From IMG/VR virus record IMGVR_UViG_3300028797_000124, positions 1-64,000 of that record: DNA of 64,000 bases; one strand, written 5' to 3'. The first letter of the stretch is position 1, and every line of letters begins with the position of its first letter. The stretch comes from a virus (taxonomy: Duplodnaviria > Caudoviricetes). The translations under genes were made by a program, and so were the position numbers. The notes below the pieces were generated by a model. The model was not told the DNA's origin. It did no database searches and was given only the letters and a program-made list of their open reading frames with translations. Shown here piece by piece: positions 59,001 to 64,000 of the stretch.

Positions 59001-59906
59001 GAGGATTCGGAACACGCAGGACACATATATTATATGCCATATAATGCGGTAAAGGATCCAGGATCTGATATCGTATATCTTAAGAAGTACGAATTCGATC
59101 CGGGTAGATCAGCAACACTTCAGGATGTTATGTATGCCGATGTTGATAGAGACGGTCGTATTGATGCTGTAGATGGATCCCGCATATTGACATACTATGC
59201 AAACTGTTCATCCGGAAAGTATCCTGGTATGACAGCGGAAGAATCATGGCGGGAATATCTAAGAGAAGCTATGGGTATCATTGTTGGTAGTGGTGCCCGT
59301 GAGGTTTATCAAGTATTGGATATGATATACGATCCAGGTGTTCGCGTTAGATATAATGAACAGAAGGGTCTTACAACATTCCCCAACTACTTTGGAAACA
59401 CAGCGTATGATACTCAGACACTCATGGAAAATGATATGAAGGATGCGCTTGCGATAAAGATTGCGGATACCACTTCGGGTATGTTTGAATTCGATCCTGC
59501 TACTGCAGGTGGTTTGAGATTTGGTTCCAATGGATATCTTGCCGTAAGAGTCAACAACAACAATCATTATTCATCAATCCTTCCAATCAAAAACAATCCA
59601 GCACATATTGATGATCTCAGCACAGGTTCTCGTGGTCTGAGAATATATAATACTGATAGTGCTTTCAATGTACTCGGTATTCAACTCTCAAGAGACGGAT
59701 CTCTCGATAATGGTGAACTGAAGATCGATGCCCAGGGATGCCTTAGACTTTCTGGAGCAATCCGCCCAGATGTTAAGAAACTTAAATTCAAATGCGGTGC
59801 ACAAGAAGTTGAGTACGATGGTAACGATGAAGTTACTATCGAATTTGGTCCGGGTATGATCGTTACGGAACACAGCATAACATCAGAAGCACATTCACAA
59901 CTTTAA
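56100..59906 (+). CDS. Tail fibre-like protein carrying a dockerin domain
   Basis: Fibre motif VNSVNGKTGIVILDANDVGLGNVDN; many GL-x-GxLxV beta-spiral-like repeats; two dockerin Ca-loop/helix motifs near the C-terminus. Confidence 0.75.
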   Translation: MAQDKVQLKREEVVGNDVVLQDINPKTKTNSITDSAKGVPLDQTLALIKNMINNKLSRVVNSVNGKTGIVILDANDVGLGNVDNISFGDIKRWVIEYLGDIFGSKRIILRDYLSQIHEILGTNDKIYADTPFYAQAGDATNNDFIAYIGYIYWDETTSSLREEHKEIKVIGFTDESLVYNTNCDIDPYHPDDHRNLSGGGLAVNIWSKEDALKIRRAEGLFTRDGYDPAVLNDTGLYIDKSKVVPNVYFFDGVYGTLTGEGTGMHNIDALVYWSNDPHDTTESNLPILNITINGQAIGMTSTAGGDPVYTLHHPSDLPLKVGDIILTNFAFDQYINPDDASHRENVLYPRMLDSLTCRQPSLGVVTQVADTTNDTPCIIDFKPRRPNVGHGLKLIITDSASGVGPEDSEIGLDLMEGTITMGDGTNIDTNDGNNVSGINAIDKHDPISRSPRSSQAKHLYTVYPTGKSSDLIGGSIDVDSSFILPNFSMCIIPSALNKASSEPAIKNWNPTSPMSNTHAGEVLGNARKFNMVGVNLAKVIMDTNVGDDDHAFARNVSGLRVNTSDDLFDDEWYGYGSGIDTIPNYLTSGGISVNVGDFLGIGTPTELSAAPAEKGSYYNEGKVNVRIDRMQGLNGVAGNRLAVNIAGGYSYAPEGITHNWLEGGLTFVDGGTRAPAQGVLAVNTAEEASGLGIKNSYRVNVRHTNWGNRIMADTFNNVLVVKPAKFTESSTERASLTKSGLEVHKQIQEEDFANKITFTNIYNQRMWLSEGQLHDDIVQNPSNFDTTHIYIAGGKRFIYAEPQGQQTEISLFMYYSDESEYNAILTWIRTGNDSDVPDATWPIHGYTLTPNEHTTANDECLAILRRQCHVLIEEYPSISNDTRYRLKASISEPTTSADLRFPDLDHDGNVDATEASSVLAYFSFLVTVTRVYSTTVGGQKVFYTDPGLTTPLEPVVGRGYMDMNDYLEDSEHAGHIYYMPYNAVKDPGSDIVYLKKYEFDPGRSATLQDVMYADVDRDGRIDAVDGSRILTYYANCSSGKYPGMTAEESWREYLREAMGIIVGSGAREVYQVLDMIYDPGVRVRYNEQKGLTTFPNYFGNTAYDTQTLMENDMKDALAIKIADTTSGMFEFDPATAGGLRFGSNGYLAVRVNNNNHYSSILPIKNNPAHIDDLSTGSRGLRIYNTDSAFNVLGIQLSRDGSLDNGELKIDAQGCLRLSGAIRPDVKKLKFKCGAQEVEYDGNDEVTIEFGPGMIVTEHSITSEAHSQL
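58806..59216 (+). other. Dockerin domain (two Ca-binding loop-helix repeats separated by an insert)
   Basis: DLDHDGNVDATEASSVLAYF and ADVDRDGRIDAVDGSRILTYYANCSSG, 111 aa apart. Confidence 0.75.
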
Positions 59907-59917
59907 GGAGGTAGCAT

Positions 59918-60412
59918 ATGTCCGAAACTGTCAAAATGACTCTTAATCTGGACAACTCCCTCGAATATGCGGATGGAGGCTCGGGTCCTTTAAGAGTAAA
60001 GAAATCTCTGAAGTCGGGAAATACTTTATCATTTGAATCAGATGGATTATATGCAGAAGCAATACCAGGACAGCCCGGTTCCACAGGAACCGGGTATCCT
60101 GATAACTATCGCTCTGCGAACGGTGTAATGTCAGGTGTTGCAACTCCAGAAAGTATGAACTCGGTACCGAAAAGAATGGTTGGTCCAAGTATAATGCATC
60201 GTATATTTACAGCTTCAAGTCCAGATGGTTCGGACATACAACTCAGAACTATCGATAGAGTATATCCTGGCGATTTGTATCGCGTAAAAGATACAACACA
60301 TGGCAATTGGAATTATTACATAATCACAAAGGTTGCGTCAGACAACAGAGTTGTTACTGGTCATACTGGTGAGGTGGCTATAATTCCTTTAACACAAGAA
60401 GACGTAAACTAA
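59918..60412 (+). CDS. Short fibre-like protein 1
   Basis: N-terminus MSETVKMTLNLDN..GNTLSFESDGLYA is related to the next two ORFs. Confidence 0.55.
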   Translation: MSETVKMTLNLDNSLEYADGGSGPLRVKKSLKSGNTLSFESDGLYAEAIPGQPGSTGTGYPDNYRSANGVMSGVATPESMNSVPKRMVGPSIMHRIFTASSPDGSDIQLRTIDRVYPGDLYRVKDTTHGNWNYYIITKVASDNRVVTGHTGEVAIIPLTQEDVN

Positions 60413-60425
60413 AGGAGGTGTTTAT

Positions 60426-60821
60426 ATGCCGGAGACAATTAAGATTACTTTAGATCCCGATGGTCAGTCTATTGGATTCAGCAACAATTCAATGGTACTT
60501 AAATTGTCAGCTAAAGCAAACAACGGTCTTTCATTTTCAGACGGTAAGTTGGTTGCAACAAAAGCTCCCGATGGTTCAGGAGGTTCTGGTGGTACTATGA
60601 ACACTCCTGGAAATGCAATAGGTCCTGTAGATGCGACGGAGAACACATCTCTTAATACGGTGGGTTTCAATTCTACGGTTTCTCGCCACAAGAAATATAC
60701 CGGAACGAATTCTTGGCTTCAAACAAATGATGGTCCGGTTATGACAAAGAACTCGAATGGTCAGATGGTACCAAATGGATCTATTGCACATTACATGATA
60801 TTGCACGCAACAGGAGGTTGA
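60426..60821 (+). CDS. Short fibre-like protein 2
   Basis: MPETIKITLDPDG..NNGLSFSDGKLVA..DGSGG. Confidence 0.55.
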   Translation: MPETIKITLDPDGQSIGFSNNSMVLKLSAKANNGLSFSDGKLVATKAPDGSGGSGGTMNTPGNAIGPVDATENTSLNTVGFNSTVSRHKKYTGTNSWLQTNDGPVMTKNSNGQMVPNGSIAHYMILHATGG

Positions 60822-60825
60822 TGAC

Positions 60826-61551
60826 ATGTCAGAAAAGATAGTTATCGGTCTTGACCTCAACAACGGACTTCACGTTGATAGTGAAGATAAAGTTGGAGTT
60901 TACTATGAACAAAACGGAAACATGCATCTCGAAACAGACCCCGACCCAACAGACGGTAAGAATGGTATATACGTTGAAAATCTGAATGGTGCTGATGGTT
61001 CAGGTGGTGCTTCAAGATATGACGGTTGGACTATGAAGCCAGGTACTGGTTGGAATCTGAATGATTCAAGTCAGACTATAAATAATTTCATAGATATGGA
61101 TAGAGATGTTGTAAATCTCATATTCACATTCGGTCTATATAAAGTAACTACCCGCCACCCTACATCTATCTCATACAGTTCAGCTGTTAAAGATGTTCGT
61201 GCAATATGTAATGAAATTGTTGCACCTGTATACTACTCTCCTTCAAGCTATACCAGTTTCAAACCTGGAGCAGGAGAGTTGATCCAGCTTGTAAAGAATC
61301 CAACATTCAGAACGGTTCCATACACTGGAGGAACTGGTTCAACAATTGCTGTTGAAAGTGGCAATCGTATTGGAAACGACAATCTGGAAACAGCAGTAAT
61401 GTTCGTGATTATGGATATCGCATATTCACCCAATAACATCTACTGGGTAACAAGCATGAACCTGTGCTGTATATATTCAACCGTATCAGACTTTGTGGTT
61501 GGTCAGAGTTATTCGGGATCACAATTATTCCAGCCACCTGGTTACGTATAA
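60826..61551 (+). CDS. Short fibre-like protein 3
   Basis: MSEKIVIGLDLNNGLHV..NGIYV..DGSGG. Confidence 0.55.
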   Translation: MSEKIVIGLDLNNGLHVDSEDKVGVYYEQNGNMHLETDPDPTDGKNGIYVENLNGADGSGGASRYDGWTMKPGTGWNLNDSSQTINNFIDMDRDVVNLIFTFGLYKVTTRHPTSISYSSAVKDVRAICNEIVAPVYYSPSSYTSFKPGAGELIQLVKNPTFRTVPYTGGTGSTIAVESGNRIGNDNLETAVMFVIMDIAYSPNNIYWVTSMNLCCIYSTVSDFVVGQSYSGSQLFQPPGYV

Positions 61552-61564
61552 GGAGGAAAAATCC

Positions 61565-62887
61565 ATGGAAATAAAAGATTATTTATCTTTTAAAGATGCC
61601 CATGAGAAACACGGCCTTCGTGGTCATGTTCAGGTATTCCGTGAGAACATGGAAACCGGCGAAGTTTCTCTGTGGGAAGAGAGTGATAATATAATCCCGA
61701 TATCAGGATATCAGTGGATACTGATGAAGATGTTCGGTCTTTATCTCGACTCTAAACATGATCCTTCAGATGCTTCAAGATATGAAGTTATCGATAAGGA
61801 TTCTACAATAGCGATACCTGATCTCAATGCAAGAACCTCGTTGCCAATCGGTAAGAGTGTAAGCAATTACACTACAATGACAGATGATATTTCTGCAAAT
61901 CACTTCTGTCAAGGTTTCATGATTGGTAACGGTGGTGGTGCAGAAGATGGAATCACTACTAAGAATACGGACTATTCGTTCGTAGCTCTCAGAAACCCAA
62001 TCCCATTCCAGCAGTCAAACTCCGATGGACTTCCTGCAAGCTTAGCAGGACAGTATCTCGGTGTACTGAATGGATCTGCCACAAACAATACCGAGGGTAT
62101 GGCAAAGTCTTACTACATCAAGAAGTTTGACGAGCGTCCGCACATCTACCATTCATGGTGGCGTGATAATCAGAAGTGGGATTATGTTGATCCCGTTTCT
62201 ACAACTGATCTCGGTCCTAATGCTACAACGGCAGCTAAGACAAATCGTATTGAGACATATATCGAGTGTAAACTCTCACTGTCAGATGATGACTGCTTCT
62301 CATACTTCTCAAACGAGGGCAATACAGAAACACCTGCAATCAACGAGCTTGGTCTTGTTGCATTCGATGCTGATTCTGGCGCACGTTCTACTCTCGAAGA
62401 TCTCTACAGTAAAGATATCAAACAGCTGATATCTTTTATCTTTGATAACAATCGTTCAGCTCAGGTTCTTCCCGAGATTGTACGTCTTACTGCAGAGATA
62501 CTTAATGCATTGGATAATGTGCCTTCAGGTGGATCAAATGTACCGATCTCATCTTTCGGCAATACAAATATCAATGCATTTGTTGATACATTGAGACAGC
62601 TGTCTGGTGAAACTGTTGAAACTCTCGAAGATCCAACAGTGCTTGAAGGTTATCAGGAACAGCTCTCAAATGTCAACAACATTGAAGTTACGGCTTACTA
62701 CAATCAGAAGCATGAGTTCATATATGAAGAAGATAAGTTCGTATACTATCTTTCTTCTGCAGAGTTCGATACTTTGACAACTGATGAAGCTCAGCGTATC
62801 AAGCTTGTAACTTACTATACATTCAATTCTATTCCTCTCCAGAAAAACTGGAGAACGCTCATCAACTACAGAATCTACGCTAACTAA
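61565..62887 (+). CDS. Probable baseplate/tail structural protein
   Basis: LRGHVQVF..DNIIPISGYQW, FMIGNGG, INELGLV and a terminal YRIY pattern typical of fibre-attachment proteins. Start behind SD AAGGAGG. Confidence 0.55.
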   Translation: MEIKDYLSFKDAHEKHGLRGHVQVFRENMETGEVSLWEESDNIIPISGYQWILMKMFGLYLDSKHDPSDASRYEVIDKDSTIAIPDLNARTSLPIGKSVSNYTTMTDDISANHFCQGFMIGNGGGAEDGITTKNTDYSFVALRNPIPFQQSNSDGLPASLAGQYLGVLNGSATNNTEGMAKSYYIKKFDERPHIYHSWWRDNQKWDYVDPVSTTDLGPNATTAAKTNRIETYIECKLSLSDDDCFSYFSNEGNTETPAINELGLVAFDADSGARSTLEDLYSKDIKQLISFIFDNNRSAQVLPEIVRLTAEILNALDNVPSGGSNVPISSFGNTNINAFVDTLRQLSGETVETLEDPTVLEGYQEQLSNVNNIEVTAYYNQKHEFIYEEDKFVYYLSSAEFDTLTTDEAQRIKLVTYYTFNSIPLQKNWRTLINYRIYAN

Positions 62888-62902
62888 GAAGGGGGTATTG
62901 TC

Positions 62903-63487
62903 ATGGGTGACAATCATGAAAATGTCAATACTCTCCTCAAGGAAGCTGGTTCAAGAGTTGCAGAGCTGGTTGCGGCGACTGTAGATCTATATAAGAAAAT
63001 CAAATGGCGGGTTGTGAAGATTGAGATTCCGATTGTACCGGAACCTTCACACCGCCCCCGCTTGTCGGGTTATCGTGTATATGTCCCTGGTGCTGCTAAG
63101 AACCAGAGATTTTTCAACAAACATGTTCTCCCCAAGTTGCATGATTTGTTCATAACAAAACCATGCAGAGTTGATCTTGACATATATTGTCCAACTCCAA
63201 AGTCTTTCAACCGTACTCAAAAGATTATTGCGGAGATGGGTCTCCTTCGTCCATGGGTAAATACTGGAGATGTCGACAACTATGCTAAGGCTGCGTTGGA
63301 CATGATCCAGCCAAACGAGAAAAGAGGACACATCGGAATAATGGAGAATGACTGTCTTGTGTACGAAATGGTCTCAAGAAAGTTCTACTCAGTTAACCCA
63401 CGTTATGAGATGACAATCACATACATGGGTGAGATACCATCCGAAATAATGAAATTACTACGTTTGAAAGGAGACGATGAATTATGA
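62903..63487 (+). CDS. rusA: RusA-family Holliday junction resolvase
   Basis: PEPSHRPR, GDVDNYAKAALDMI, ENDCLV..SRKFYSVNPR. Confidence 0.85.
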   Translation: MGDNHENVNTLLKEAGSRVAELVAATVDLYKKIKWRVVKIEIPIVPEPSHRPRLSGYRVYVPGAAKNQRFFNKHVLPKLHDLFITKPCRVDLDIYCPTPKSFNRTQKIIAEMGLLRPWVNTGDVDNYAKAALDMIQPNEKRGHIGIMENDCLVYEMVSRKFYSVNPRYEMTITYMGEIPSEIMKLLRLKGDDEL

Positions 63488-64000
63488 CACTGACGGAAGA
63501 GATTCTGGACAATATCGATGCATATCGTATGGAAAGCCTTGTTGCCGAAGGTGCGGTTATCAAAGCACATATGGAAGCATGCATGCGCGATATCCAGATA
63601 CAGGAAGAATATTCTGAGCTGGGCATTATCACGGAAAGCGATAAATGGGATGGAAACATCATACCCAAACGAGATGGTGAGAATATCTTAAAATACATAT
63701 TCTTTTTCATCCCTCGTTTGATCATAAATTTCTGCAGGAAAATCAAAGAATGGTGGAGCAATCGCAAAGCTGAAGCCGAGAGCAAGGCTGTTGCTGAGAT
63801 GGATGAGAAATCCATGAGTAAGGTTGCCCAGTATGCCGGACAGATATGTGCTAAGATTAATTCTTCCATAAAGGGTGGCGGTCATCTTGAATATAATGGC
63901 CATGGCTTCTCATATATGACCAGGATAAAAAGACCTGCTTCTGTACTTGACACATACAAAATGTTTGAAGAACGTTTCACCAGATACAAGGACGTTGTGA
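63484..64000 (+). CDS. Hypothetical protein, possibly an internal head protein (3'-truncated; absent from ORF track)
   Basis: Open from ATG 63484 (SD AAAGGAG) to the window end: MTLTEEILDNIDAYRMESL..IITES..FIPRLIINFCRKIKEWW. Acidic N-terminal region followed by an amphipathic helix. Confidence 0.55.
   Translation, partial: MTLTEEILDNIDAYRMESLVAEGAVIKAHMEACMRDIQIQEEYSELGIITESDKWDGNIIPKRDGENILKYIFFFIPRLIINFCRKIKEWWSNRKAEAESKAVAEMDEKSMSKVAQYAGQICAKINSSIKGGGHLEYNGHGFSYMTRIKRPASVLDTYKMFEERFTRYKDVV

Noticed and set aside
1-64000. Stop-codon reassignment (TAG is rarely used as a stop)
   Set aside because: Long conserved genes are intact under the standard code, coding density is high, and one gene ends in TAG (15774) where the next gene begins.

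Overview
This 64-kb window looks like part of a jumbo myophage genome of the phiKZ/AR9-related, multisubunit-RNA-polymerase type, translated with the standard code. Strong AAGGAGG ribosome-binding sites and a Ruminococcus-style dockerin point to a Bacillota host, possibly a cellulosome-producing Ruminococcus; the host is inferred, not shown. Core genes are: portal (5'-truncated), an intein-interrupted SF2 helicase, large terminase, three RNAP subunits (beta-C, beta'-N with DYDGD, beta'-C), a GyrB split into two genes, tail tube, a very large tail sheath, baseplate proteins and a RusA-like resolvase. Small accessory islands (an ABC exporter, a BCS1-like AAA+ ATPase, orphan ORFs) sit between core genes, each behind a shared TATATTATTAA motif that is followed by a sequence-variable hairpin. 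The right ~26 kb is an elaborate adsorption module: a Gly-rich fibre with nested domain insertions, three paralogous ~1000-aa proteins alternating with two 180-aa repeat proteins, and a 1268-aa fibre-like protein. The 1268-aa protein carries a two-motif dockerin, suggesting the virion may dock onto host cellulosome cohesins, which is the most striking candidate system here. All protein calls come from motif recognition by eye; no database search was run.
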